Positions 10,021-19,990 of a DNA stretch of 64,000 bases are shown in pieces. Source of the stretch: Acidobacteriota bacterium. Its GTDB lineage: Bacteria > Acidobacteriota > CAIWXX01. Each line of letters begins with the position of its first letter. Position 1 is the stretch's first letter. The notes under the pieces were generated by a model. That model was given only the letters and a program-made list of their open reading frames with translations. It had not been told where the DNA came from and ran no database searches. The position numbers were made by a program, and so were the translations under genes. The DNA is taken from the NCBI GenBank assembly GCA_040755995.1, contig JBFMAF010000036.1:32001-96000 (forward strand). Reading direction: 5' to 3'.

Positions 10021-10265
10021 GATTGCCTCCTCAAGTTGGAGCCGCAGCTCCGGCTGGCCCTACGAACGTACCAGTGTAGATGCACTTTTTAGCAGCGTCA
10101 AGGCGAGGATCGGCCGGTCGGCCGGTCCCGCCAGAACCATGGGGGTTGAGAAAATTAATTCCTACTCTGGGACTAGAGTTTTGCTTTTTCGTTGGTATAA
10201 TCCAATCGGCAGGGAAGGGATGAAACCATCGACTCACTCTACCGCGCGGGATCGGAGGCGTCAGG

Positions 10266-12857
10266 TTGATGTTCCGGGATGAGATATTAGCGGTCCCGAC
10301 TCGGGAAGCGGCTGTCTCGCACGCTCCGAGGGAGAAAGACCCCCGTGTCGGTCGGTACCAGATACTCGAGAAGATCGGCGAAGGGGCGATGGGTGTTGTA
10401 TACCGAGCCCTCGATCCGGCCATCCAGCGCGTGGTCGCGATAAAGATGATGTCGGCGGGCCTCGACGACGATCCGACGATGCGCGAGCGCTTCTTCCGCG
10501 AGGCGCGCTCCGCCGGACAGCTCTCGCACAGAAACATCGTCACGATCTACGAGCTCGGTGAGGAGCAAGGGCGGGCCTATATCGTGATGGAGTTCATCGA
10601 GGGCGAGACTCTCCGCTACAGGCTTGCGCGGCGCCATGCGATGCCGCTGGACGAGAAGCTCCGGATCATGATCGAGGTCTGCATGGGAGTTGCGCACGCG
10701 CACTCGAAGGATGTCATCCATCGCGATCTCAAACCGGACAACATGTTCATCGCCAAGGACGGGTCGGTCAAGCTCCTGGACTTCGGTCTGGCCCGCGGCT
10801 CGACCTCCGACATGACCAAGGCGGGCACCGTGATGGGGACGCCGAGCTACATGTCGCCGGAACAGGTCAAGGGACTGAACGTCGACGGCCGTTCGGACAT
10901 ATTCTCGATGGGAGCCGTCTTCTACGAGCTCCTCGCAGCACGAAAACCCTTCCAGGCGCCCTCTTACGCGGCCACGTTCTACAAGATACTCAACGAGGAG
11001 CCGGAGCCGATAGAGACGGCTGATCCGTCGGTACCCGTGGAGCTGTCGAGGATTGTCGCGCGAGCGCTCAGGAAGTCGCCGGAGGAACGCTACCGGACGA
11101 GCGACGAGCTTCTATCAGCGCTCACGGAGTTCCGGAGAATCCGCCAGGAGGCACTTGCGGAGCAACGGATAGCCTCACGGACAGCCAGTACTTTGACTGC
11201 TGCATCAGCGCGACCGGATGAGCGGCGGGGCGCGGTGGAAGCAAGCCAGCGAGCGGTCGAGCACGTGCAGATGGCAGTGCGGCGGCCAGAGCCGCCCGTG
11301 GAGCCCTGCACGACGGCCGAGTTGGAGCAGGAGGAGGTCACGCGGCCGGGCGCCATCGCGTCCGCGGACTCGCGCGCGGGAGGAAGCGGTCGCGTGGGCA
11401 GCCTCCAGCAGACGCCGAGCCACAGGACGGCCGTCGGGACGGCCGCGAGCATCGACACCGACGCCCTCCGGCCCGCTCAGACGCCGATCCCGAGGACGGT
11501 CCTCGATCCGGACGCCGGGATCGACACCGACGCTCTGCGGCCGCCCCAGCGGCCGGCGCCAACGACACCCATTCCGCGCGATGCGACGGATCGGCCGGCA
11601 GTCAAGAGCAATGAGGATGCCCGGCAAGCACAGAGCATGCCGGGGACCGAGCCGTTGCACCCGCGCTTGCCGCAGAGCCGGCTCGTGTTGATCGCCGCCG
11701 TGCTGCTGGCGCTCGGCGCGGGCGCCCTGGCATTGCTCTTTCTTGCGCCGGAGAAGGCGCCTGCCGGGCCCTCAGCCTCGACGCCCGCACCAGCCGCCGG
11801 CGCCCCCTCCGATGCGATCATCAATCCGCCGTCCACGAGGGCCGTCTCTAACGCAGCGAGCAGCAGTTCATCGCCCGCGGCTCAGACCAAGGCACCAGGT
11901 GGGATGGGTGGGCCAACGGCCCGCGAGGCGAAAGGGTCGCAAGAAGTTGCTGATCGTATTGCGACAGGCAAGCGCGACGCCGCAGCACTGCTCGCTCAGC
12001 GCCGTCATGCCGAGGCCTTCGGCGCCGTCTCGGCAGTCTTGAAGGCGGATCCATCGGACGCGGAGGCCAAAGCTCTCCTTGCGCGCGTGACGGGCGAGCT
12101 CCGTGCATCAGCCGACGCGGCGATGAAGCAGGCGGGCACGGCCCGAGCGCGCGCAGAAGCGGCCGGGGCTGCAGTCGCAGCCGAGGATCTGTTTTCGAGA
12201 TCCAGGGCAGGCGAGGAGCAGGCGCGGCGGTTCTATGACTCGGGCGATTTCGCTCGCGCGGCCGAAACCTACCAGGCCGCAGCCGGTACATATATTCAGG
12301 CGGCAGAGGCTTCGAGCAGAGTGACCAAGCCGGTTGGATCGCCGGGGAAGGGCGCAGTCCCTTCCGAGCATGTCGCGCCCGCGGCGCCGGTACCGCCGCC
12401 GGTGAGATCCGAGTCCCCCCCGATCCCGGCCTCGAATGGCCCGCCCGCGGCGGCGCCGTCTGCGGCACCGCCGGTCGGGCTGAACGCGTCCCAGCCGCAG
12501 CCTTCCCAATCTCCCGCGCTGGACCGCGGCGACGAACGGGAGGAAGTGAACCAGATGCTGCAGCGTTATGCCAGGGCGCTCGAAAGAAAGGACATGGGAC
12601 TTGTCCTGTCAATCTGGCCGACGTTGGGTGCCGCCGAGCAGCGGCGCATTCAGGAAAGCTTCAAGTTCACGAGGGCGCACGACGTGACGATCTCGATTGT
12701 GGCAGCGCAGTTGGATGGTGGCACTGGGACCGTCACGTGCGACAGAGTAGATGAGATCGTCACAACGGACGGGCAGAAGGTTCCGCCCAATCGGAGCCGG
12801 CCCACGTTTGTAGTTCGGAAGACAGCAGATGGATGGACGATTGTCTCGGTTCGATAG
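10266..12857 (+). CDS. Membrane Ser/Thr protein kinase with TPR-like helices and a C-terminal NTF2-like domain
   Basis: IGEGAMGVVY, VAIK, HRDLKPDN, DFGLA, GTPSYMSPEQ; Pro-rich linker; TM helix LVLIAAVLLALGAGALALLFL. Confidence 0.92.
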   Translation: MMFRDEILAVPTREAAVSHAPREKDPRVGRYQILEKIGEGAMGVVYRALDPAIQRVVAIKMMSAGLDDDPTMRERFFREARSAGQLSHRNIVTIYELGEEQGRAYIVMEFIEGETLRYRLARRHAMPLDEKLRIMIEVCMGVAHAHSKDVIHRDLKPDNMFIAKDGSVKLLDFGLARGSTSDMTKAGTVMGTPSYMSPEQVKGLNVDGRSDIFSMGAVFYELLAARKPFQAPSYAATFYKILNEEPEPIETADPSVPVELSRIVARALRKSPEERYRTSDELLSALTEFRRIRQEALAEQRIASRTASTLTAASARPDERRGAVEASQRAVEHVQMAVRRPEPPVEPCTTAELEQEEVTRPGAIASADSRAGGSGRVGSLQQTPSHRTAVGTAASIDTDALRPAQTPIPRTVLDPDAGIDTDALRPPQRPAPTTPIPRDATDRPAVKSNEDARQAQSMPGTEPLHPRLPQSRLVLIAAVLLALGAGALALLFLAPEKAPAGPSASTPAPAAGAPSDAIINPPSTRAVSNAASSSSSPAAQTKAPGGMGGPTAREAKGSQEVADRIATGKRDAAALLAQRRHAEAFGAVSAVLKADPSDAEAKALLARVTGELRASADAAMKQAGTARARAEAAGAAVAAEDLFSRSRAGEEQARRFYDSGDFARAAETYQAAAGTYIQAAEASSRVTKPVGSPGKGAVPSEHVAPAAPVPPPVRSESPPIPASNGPPAAAPSAAPPVGLNASQPQPSQSPALDRGDEREEVNQMLQRYARALERKDMGLVLSIWPTLGAAEQRRIQESFKFTRAHDVTISIVAAQLDGGTGTVTCDRVDEIVTTDGQKVPPNRSRPTFVVRKTADGWTIVSVR

Positions 12858-12969
12858 ACCTGTTTTCACGTCCGGGGCAGTTCGGCTCGGATGTGACATC
12901 CGCGACTTTCAAGGTTCAACAGTCAGCACGAGGTCCTGGCAGCCGGACCTCGCAAGTAGGAGATGAACA

Positions 12970-14271
12970 ATGCTCAGGAAAACCATAGTGCTCTTGCTCG
13001 CCGCCGCCGCTCCCGTCGCGGCCGACGGCTACTCCGGGGACAAGCTCGCGTTCCTGATTCCGGGACTGTACGGTCCTAGTGGGCTGATCGTGGACAGCGA
13101 TGCGCCGCTGCCCAACGGCCAAACGCACAGCGCCCATTTCAACGGTTCGTTCACACTTTCCTTCTCTCAACTCAACGTTGCTCAGGCGAGCCAGCTGGCG
13201 TCAGTGCCCATAGCCTCGCCGGCATCCGGTTTCACCTACGCGTTCGATCCCGGCTCCGGCGTCTTCACTCGCTCGACCAACAGCTTTGGGCCGATAGTTG
13301 CCGACCGCGCAGAGACGATCGGGCGTGGCAAGTTCATGGTGGGATTCAGCTACCAGCGCTTCAGCTTCGACACAATCGAGGGGATGGACCTCGACTCGCT
13401 TCCGGCTGTCTTCACGCATGACGATTACCAGCTCGGAGGCGGCCGGGCCGATATCGTCACGACTGTGAACAACATCAACCTCACCCAGGATCAGTTCACG
13501 ACGGTCTTCGGCTACGGCCTCCTCGACCGGTTCGACGTCTCTCTCGCAGTGCCGGTCGTACGCACAGATCTTGCGGTAACCTCCACGGCGACGATCCAGC
13601 GCGTCGGAACGGGCCAGGAGCGGGAGATTCACTACTTCAGAGACGCCTCCGGCAACCTCGGCGACACCCGCGTGTACACGGATTCCGGCGAGGCGACGGG
13701 CATTGGGGACATGATCCTGCGAATCAAGGGCACGGCCCTGAGGCGAGGATCCTTCGGCCTGGCGCTGGCCGCCGATTTCAGGTTCCCCACGGGCGACGAA
13801 GAAAACCTGCTGGGATCGGGCGCGATGGGCATCAAACCGTACGGCGCAGTCTCGTGGTCGCACGGCCGGTTGTCTCCGCATCTGAACGTAGGCTATGAAT
13901 GGAACGGCGACAGCGTGCTCGCCGGCGACATCCTCTCGGGCACCAAGGGCGATTTCCCAGATCAGTTCCTGTACACCGTCGGCGCGGATGTCGGTGTGAA
14001 CAAGCGCCTGACCCTCGCGTTCGACTTCCTGGGCAACAGGGTGATCGACTCCCCGCGCGCCGTCCCGACGACATTCACGGCGGATAACGGCCAGACTTTC
14101 TCGGATCTACTGTTCGAAAAGGGATCCTTCAATCAGTCGAGCGCCTCGGTGGGCATCAAGGCCAACGCCGGCGCGCGGCTTCTCGTCGATTTTAACATCC
14201 TCTTCAGGCTGGACGACAACGGGCTGCGCGACAGGGCCACGCCGCTGGTCGGGGTGGAGTACAACTTCTGA
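12970..14271 (+). CDS. Outer-membrane transporter (MetA/phenol-degradation-like beta-barrel)
   Basis: Signal peptide; DRAETIGRGK, GIGDMILRIKG, RFPTGDEENLLGSG; ends in VEYNF. Confidence 0.75.
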   Translation: MLRKTIVLLLAAAAPVAADGYSGDKLAFLIPGLYGPSGLIVDSDAPLPNGQTHSAHFNGSFTLSFSQLNVAQASQLASVPIASPASGFTYAFDPGSGVFTRSTNSFGPIVADRAETIGRGKFMVGFSYQRFSFDTIEGMDLDSLPAVFTHDDYQLGGGRADIVTTVNNINLTQDQFTTVFGYGLLDRFDVSLAVPVVRTDLAVTSTATIQRVGTGQEREIHYFRDASGNLGDTRVYTDSGEATGIGDMILRIKGTALRRGSFGLALAADFRFPTGDEENLLGSGAMGIKPYGAVSWSHGRLSPHLNVGYEWNGDSVLAGDILSGTKGDFPDQFLYTVGADVGVNKRLTLAFDFLGNRVIDSPRAVPTTFTADNGQTFSDLLFEKGSFNQSSASVGIKANAGARLLVDFNILFRLDDNGLRDRATPLVGVEYNF

Positions 14272-14280
14272 GAACGCGAC

Positions 14281-14366
14281 GCGGAGGCACAGGGACACGG
14301 AGACGCGGTGAAGGGCCGTTCTTCCGGCTCTCCGCGTCTCCCCCTCACCGCGTCCCTGCATCCCTG
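14281..14366. repeat. Octamer-repeat inverted element (GGAGAC[G/A]C arm plus complementary arm)
   Basis: gcggaggcacagggacacggagacgcggtga ... tctccgcgtctccccctcaccgcgtccctgcatccctg, between convergent genes. Confidence 0.65.
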
Positions 14367-14488
14367 GTACAAGTCACAGGCTTCCCACGCCAGCCGGAAA
14401 CAGACCGCATCTCGGCGACCGTTCGCATCGATCACAACCTATTGCGGCCGGACACTCCAGCCCGGAAGCGCCATGATGGTGGTGCGGG

Positions 14489-15439
14489 CTACCAGCCGGC
14501 TCCCAGCGCGATCCACGACAACCACTCGCGCGCGGAGCGGCGCTTCAGCGCGGGCATCCGCTTCGCCCAGAGTGATCGGAGCTCCCCGACAACCACATGC
14601 CTGGCCCTCAGCAGCGCCCGAGCCGGCGCCTTTGCGCGGATAGCATTCAGGTACCTGAGCTCATCCAGCACAATGCGCGCCGGACAAGTGAGTGCGGCAC
14701 GGACCGGGAGGTTCTTGACGAAAGTGCGCAGCCGATTCCTCTCGCTGAGAAACCAGAGCAGACCTGGATCGAACGCATCGCTGGTGCCATGCACCTTGTG
14801 GTAGGCGACGGCCTGAGGCATGAGCGTCGAATGCCATCCCTTCAGCCGGGCCCTCCAGCCGACGTCGAGATCCTCGTAGTAGGCGAAGTAGGTGGGGTCG
14901 AAGAGGCCTAGTTCTTCCAGCATGCTCCTGCGGTACACCGCGGCTCCGCTGGACGCAGCGAAAATCGGCGCGGCGTCGACCACACTTTCTGCGGGACGGT
15001 TGCGGAAGAGGCGGCGAGCCGCTCCGCAGGCGCGAAGTCCGAGGCCGCACCCATCGATCATGCCGGGGTTCTGCTCCTGCAGGTTCTTGCCCTGAACCGC
15101 GAAGCAGTGTGGGTCCTTCTCGATTTCCTCGACCAGGCATGAAAGCCAGTTCGGGTCCAACGTGATGTCGTTGTTGACCGTGGCGATCCAGCTTCCCGCG
15201 GCGCGCACGAAGGCGGCGTTGTTTGCCGGACCGAAGCCGGCGTTGCCGGCGAGCTCGATAGCCTGCACATCAGGCAGCTTGCGAAGGAATTCCTGGCTGC
15301 CGTCAGTCGAGCCGTTGTCGACGACGATCAGCTCGAAGTCTCTGAACGACTGTTGCAGCACCGAAGGCAGGTGGAGTTCGAGCAGGTGACGGCCGTTCCA
15401 GTTGACGATGACGACGGTGACCGCGGGGGCTGTTCTCAT
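14489..15439 (-). CDS. Glycosyltransferase family 2
   Basis: VVIVNWNG, VVDNGSTDGS, NAGFGPANN, VNNDI, FAYYEDLD. Confidence 0.93.
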   Translation of the reverse strand: MRTAPAVTVVIVNWNGRHLLELHLPSVLQQSFRDFELIVVDNGSTDGSQEFLRKLPDVQAIELAGNAGFGPANNAAFVRAAGSWIATVNNDITLDPNWLSCLVEEIEKDPHCFAVQGKNLQEQNPGMIDGCGLGLRACGAARRLFRNRPAESVVDAAPIFAASSGAAVYRRSMLEELGLFDPTYFAYYEDLDVGWRARLKGWHSTLMPQAVAYHKVHGTSDAFDPGLLWFLSERNRLRTFVKNLPVRAALTCPARIVLDELRYLNAIRAKAPARALLRARHVVVGELRSLWAKRMPALKRRSAREWLSWIALGAGW

Positions 15440-15638
15440 GCAAGGCTTCTCAGCAGAAACGCCGGCTGCTACTCTATACAGCGCGTCATGGGTTCACAAC
15501 AGATTCAACGAGTCGACCCATTGCATGACGTGCTGTTTGGACCGCCCTGTGGTCGGGCACAAGCCGCCAGTGCAGGCTGGGCCTGCGAAAGCGAATGTCG
15601 CCGGCAACCCCTGTGGATGGCGCCCCAGCCGCCGCCGG

Positions 15639-16847
15639 TCAGGCACCCTTTTCCTTACCCAACCTGGCCTGGATAAATTCGAACGCCTTGATGACGTCCT
15701 TTACGTCGGACTCTGACCGGCACTGGAAGCTTTGCTTGTCGAGTGGCTCCGTACGGCGTCCGTCTTCGTATTTCCCGATGCCACCATGGCATTCGACCAC
15801 GAGCGCCTCTTCGGATTCGTGGTCGAACAAATTGAGCAGCGATTTGAGAAGAGCAGTCGCGTGTCCCTGGCCGAACTTACAGGCCCGGACATCGAACAGG
15901 AAGGTATTCTCCATCGAGTTCATCAAGGCGACTCCCTTGTCGTTGACCCTCATCAGGATGGAGTACTTCAGACGGTCGTTGATGTAGTCGACCGCTTCGG
16001 GGATCGTCGAATAAGACTTCGTCCTGGTTCCGGTCACGGCCTTCAGATTATTCACGGTCGCCGCATCCATCCCCGTGAAGGCGCTCTTGATGAAGTACAG
16101 AGCCCTTATCGTCTGGTATGCACCATCGCTACTCGCGACCTGGAACGACTCCCGCGAGACCACTCTTCCGCGGTCCTTTCCCGATAGCGATATGCACCAC
16201 TCGCCGTAGACTCTGACCTGAGGCTCGTCGCCCAGATCGTTGAATCCGAATTCAGCCTCTTTGATCTGCACGTCGTATATGTCGTCCGGGGCGTTGATCA
16301 GCATCCTGCCGTTCCGGTCCACCTTCATGATGGCGGAGATCGTCATTATCTCATTGATGAAGTCGATCGCCTCTGTCACGCTCTTGTACCGGCTGGAAGT
16401 AGGGCCGGTGTCGATCTTGGCGTCGTACGTTTCGAAGCCCTTGTCGCGCTCCACGTATGACTTCCTTAGGCGCCTGAAGGCGTCGATCACTTCACGGGCA
16501 TATTTTTCGGACTTGCACAGAAAGGACTGTCTGTGGGAAGTCTCTTCAAGATGACCGCCGTCGTACTGCCCGATGCAATATTCGCAAAAGACCCTCACCC
16601 TGGCATCGTCGTTCAATCCGTTGTAGTTGAAAGATGCCTCTTTGATGTCGAACTTGAACGTATCGTCGGGTGCCTTGATGCTGACAAGCCCGTCCTCGGC
16701 AATCCTCTCGATAGAGGAGCGCGACATTCTGAGGTTGATGTACTCGATGAGGTCGTCGACAGCAGGACTCTGGCCGTACGCGGGATTCATCTGCGAAAGA
16801 GCGATCACAGAGAAGCAGCACAGCAGCTTCTTAAGGTTGGACTTCAT
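15639..16847 (-). CDS. Secreted hypothetical protein with three internal repeats of about 125 aa
   Basis: Signal peptide MKSNLKKLLCCFSVIALSQMNPAYG; repeats start IEYINLRM, IDFINEIM and VDYINDRL. Confidence 0.8.
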   Translation of the reverse strand: MKSNLKKLLCCFSVIALSQMNPAYGQSPAVDDLIEYINLRMSRSSIERIAEDGLVSIKAPDDTFKFDIKEASFNYNGLNDDARVRVFCEYCIGQYDGGHLEETSHRQSFLCKSEKYAREVIDAFRRLRKSYVERDKGFETYDAKIDTGPTSSRYKSVTEAIDFINEIMTISAIMKVDRNGRMLINAPDDIYDVQIKEAEFGFNDLGDEPQVRVYGEWCISLSGKDRGRVVSRESFQVASSDGAYQTIRALYFIKSAFTGMDAATVNNLKAVTGTRTKSYSTIPEAVDYINDRLKYSILMRVNDKGVALMNSMENTFLFDVRACKFGQGHATALLKSLLNLFDHESEEALVVECHGGIGKYEDGRRTEPLDKQSFQCRSESDVKDVIKAFEFIQARLGKEKGA

Positions 16848-16976
16848 ATGCCTTTGCCTCCAGTTTCTTCTAGACATCCCTCAGAACCCTATGACGGATT
16901 CTGGCACCGAAATGTTCCGATCACCGCCAGGCTACAGAGCGCACGCGCGTAGTCTAGTTCGCGGTTCAGAACACCG

Positions 16977-17447
16977 ATGTACTCGGCCACGAGAACCAGG
17001 CTCCCGACTACGTCACCTGGGTGCAGACCTACCAGCAGTTCTGCACGCACCGGTGTCCGCTGGCGCGAGCTCGCCATCAGGCTTCTTTACGAAGCCGGCG
17101 AGCAGGAGGGCGCCGTTCGGGCAGCTCGCGACGGCGTCGCAGTCCACCTGTCCGGGTCCTATCTCTGGTTCCTGCTCGCGGACATCCTGAACAGGTGCCC
17201 TCAGCTGGCCGCCCCCGGCGAGGCCGAAGCCCACCTGCAGCGATCTCTGTCGCTCAACGCCCGCCTCTTCGACGCGGTCTCGGGTTGAGCGGCCCTTCTC
17301 GTCGTGGCCGATGGCGAGGTCTTCCTCCTGATGTCGGTGCCCGTCGCGCACCTCGACCGGGCCCCGATCGGCCGCATGTCCGTGCAGCTCGATGGCCAGG
17401 AGTTCGTAACCGGCCCCGACGGCAAGGTCCAGGCATTTGCGCAGTAG
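16977..17447 (+). pseudogene. Gene fragment (TPR-like helices) with in-frame TGA at 17286-17288
   Basis: ELAIRLLYEAGEQEGAVRAARDGVAVHLSGSYLWFLLADIL...AEAHLQRSLSLNARLFDA is TPR-like. The frame continues past the TGA with coding-like codon usage; no good start. Confidence 0.4.
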
Positions 17448-17665
17448 GGCAGCGAGGAGTGCACGGCACCATGAGTCACACATCCCTAGCCGATGCAATG
17501 AACGATATCGACCTGCCGCAGCTAGAACGCTCACGCGGCGGACAGGCTTAGCGAACCAGGCAGGATGCCGGGAAACGCCAAGCCAGTCGATGTCGTTGCT
17601 GCGTCCTGGCGATGATCTGCTCGTGGAGACTCCGAGATGCGCGTTCCGGCCATTGCCGGTACAGC

Positions 17666-18733
17666 CTACCTTGGGTCTCTCCCGGAAGAGCTCGAGTCGT
17701 CACTCAAGCGATCGTGGATATCGAGAACCTCCTGCCAGTTCTCCGCCAATGCTCTCACGCACTCAGGATCGAGCTGAGTCTGAGCCAGGCGGCGCAGCAC
17801 TTCCAGGGCGCTTTCGGGCTTCAGAGGGTGCTGGTACGGGCGCGGAGATACCTGGGCATCGAACGCGTCTGCTACTGCCACGATACGGGCGCGGATTGGA
17901 ATGGCGTCGCCTTTGAGCCCGTTCGGATAGCCCGAGCCATCGAGTTTCTCGTGGTGACAGAGCGCGATCTCGGCCGCCGCCCGCAGCACCATGGAGTCGC
18001 TGTCTTTCAACATACTGTGTCCAAACACGGTATGCTGCCACATGACCTCCTGCTCATCCTCCGTCAGCGGGCCGGGTTTCAGGAGCACAGAGTCGGGGAT
18101 TGCCACCTTCCCCAGGTCGTGCATCAACGCTGCGTCCGACAGCAATTCCTGCTCCTCCTCCGGCATCCCCATGTTCCGGGCGATGTGCCTGCTGTACTCG
18201 GCAATGCGCATGAGGTGCGAGCTGTTGGCGCAATCCTTGCACCCGGCTGCCCGCGAAAGGCGCACTATGGTCTCCCTTTCCCGCGCCGCAATTTCAGCTA
18301 CGGCCTTCTTGACCTCACCCGTCAGCCACTCGGCGCGTTCGGCGAGTTGAAGCTGTGACCGGCGGAGCAACAGCATGTTCAGGGCTCTTGCGATGAACTC
18401 GACCGGATCGATTGGTTTGGCCAGGAAGTCGTTCGCCCCCAACTGGAACGCCCGGTATCGAAGCTCCCGCTCATCGGTGGAAGTCACTACTATAACTGGG
18501 ATCTCAGCCCTGGATGGGAATCCCTTGAACCGGCTCACGATCTTCAAGCTCTCGGGTTCGAGCGTCAGATTGTCGATGATCACCAGGTCGGGCTCTTGCT
18601 GGGCGCAGTACTCGATCCCTTCGGCCGAAGTCGCAAAGGCGACCGCCGTCACATCACCGAGCCTCCGTACCAGCTCTTCGAGCATCTGAGCGTTGAGTGG
18701 GTTGTCGCCCACAATCATCATCACATCTGCCAT
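17666..18733 (-). CDS. Response regulator with HD-GYP phosphodiesterase domain (RpfG-like)
   Basis: REC domain (PDLVIID, GANDFLAKP); MHDLGKVAIPDSVLLKPGPLT; HHEKLDGSGYPNGLKG; VAVADAFDA. Confidence 0.93.
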   Translation of the reverse strand: MADVMMIVGDNPLNAQMLEELVRRLGDVTAVAFATSAEGIEYCAQQEPDLVIIDNLTLEPESLKIVSRFKGFPSRAEIPVIVVTSTDERELRYRAFQLGANDFLAKPIDPVEFIARALNMLLLRRSQLQLAERAEWLTGEVKKAVAEIAARERETIVRLSRAAGCKDCANSSHLMRIAEYSRHIARNMGMPEEEQELLSDAALMHDLGKVAIPDSVLLKPGPLTEDEQEVMWQHTVFGHSMLKDSDSMVLRAAAEIALCHHEKLDGSGYPNGLKGDAIPIRARIVAVADAFDAQVSPRPYQHPLKPESALEVLRRLAQTQLDPECVRALAENWQEVLDIHDRLSDDSSSSGRDPR

Positions 18734-19021
18734 GTCGATGCTCCTTCGCCGAAAGAGCCGTCGGGAACCTCACATGTCCGCAAGCGCGGGGAACAACTGT
18801 TCGACTTCATGTACGGATCATACGCGGCCGATGTGGTCAGATCAACTACCTGTTTGCGGCAGGGGCGCTTCTCGATCTCGTGAGGGTGGGTGGCCCGCCG
18901 GCTCCGTTCGAAGACCGCTAGCGCTCATCGAACAAGCTGTGCGAGTGGGTGGGCGATGACTTCGAGGGCGGCTCAATCTTGCGGACGATGAGGCGCCAAA
19001 GCCCGGAATCCCAGAGGCTAC

Positions 19022-19540
19022 TCAGAAGTCGAGCCCGTCTGAGGCGAAGCGGTCAGGGGCAGGCTCGACCCCGAACCTTTCTGACAGCACCTTCCGGAGC
19101 TCCGCAGCGACCGCAATCAGCTGGCCCAGGCTCGATGCCATCACGGCCGTGTTCACGAAGGCCAGGGGTTCGACGACCTCGATCCCGATGATGTCATCGC
19201 GTAGTGAGAGGCGGCAGGCCCTTGCCGAATGATCGTTGGCTGCGGTGAGGAATCGGAGGACCGGGAGCGGATCGGCGGCGGGCAGGATCCCGAGCCGCGA
19301 GTAAAACGCCAACTCGCGGCCGTCCTCGACGACGTCGACCCACACCTGCGCTGCATCGGCATGGAGCAACCATACCCCCGAGCTGATCCGGGAGGCGGCT
19401 GCGTCGAATCCGAGGGACTCGATCAGCAGCGACGCAAGCGCTGCGGTCGAACGAAAGCTGACACTCGTCGTTTCTTCACCAAAGCCTAGAATGCATCCGC
19501 AGCCAGTGCACCAACGATCTGTCGGTGCGTGTGGGCGCAT
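19022..19540 (-). CDS. YbjN/CesT-like chaperone-fold protein with N-terminal zinc ribbon, probably 5'-truncated
   Basis: The frame upstream of the ATG reads ...YACPTC-MRPHAPTDRWCTGC, so the zinc ribbon straddles the Met. C-terminal alpha/beta domain LRFLTAAN...RLSLRDDII. Confidence 0.55.
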   Translation of the reverse strand: MRPHAPTDRWCTGCGCILGFGEETTSVSFRSTAALASLLIESLGFDAAASRISSGVWLLHADAAQVWVDVVEDGRELAFYSRLGILPAADPLPVLRFLTAANDHSARACRLSLRDDIIGIEVVEPLAFVNTAVMASSLGQLIAVAAELRKVLSERFGVEPAPDRFASDGLDF

Positions 19541-19579
19541 GCAGGTCGGACAGGCGTAGGTGGCGTGCGGCAGTGGGTT

Positions 19580-19923
19580 AGTTTCGCGAGCGCATCGCGC
19601 CCTCTGGGGGTGATACGGTACTGCTGCCGCTTGCTGCGCGGTCTGTCAGGGATCATCGTTTCCAGGAGTCCCTCTCACACAAGGCGCGCGACGGCTTTCC
19701 TGAACGCACCAGTTCGAGCGGCATAGCCCAAGGTCTTCAGTAGTTCCGGCGCCGTTCTGACATTCCCCGCGCAAGCTTGCAGCACCGTGCGCTCGATCCC
19801 GGTCATCGGCTCATGGACCTCATGTACCTCATCGATTAGTCCGGCGCTGTGCGGTGACACATCCACCTCTTGCCCGCGCGTTGGAAGGTGCCCCCCCTTG
19901 TTCGGGGAAATATTTTCCAGCAT
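19580..19923 (-). pseudogene. Remnant of a Fic-like/RecG-associated C-terminal winged-HTH domain with in-frame TGA
   Basis: ...APELLKTLGYAARTGAFRKAVARLV*EGLLETMIPDRPRSKRQQYRITPRGR. The GLLE-x-x-IPD-x-P-x-S-x-x-Q-x-YR-x-T motif continues after the TGA at 19675-19677. Confidence 0.7.
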
Positions 19924-19990
19924 CTCGCCCTTGTGTCCAGCTCCTGATCTTTCCGGAGCCACAAGCAGATGTGCTAGAATAGAGGGCAGG

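Noticed and set aside
11450..11580. Short duplication IDTDALRP...TPIPR in the kinase linker
   Set aside because: Ordinary low-complexity linker duplication.
19675..19677. In-frame TGA (also at 17286-17288) as selenocysteine or recoding
   Set aside because: Not at Cys-equivalent positions in redox motifs, no convincing SECIS-like hairpin, and TGA is the normal stop of many genes here. Nonsense decay is simpler.
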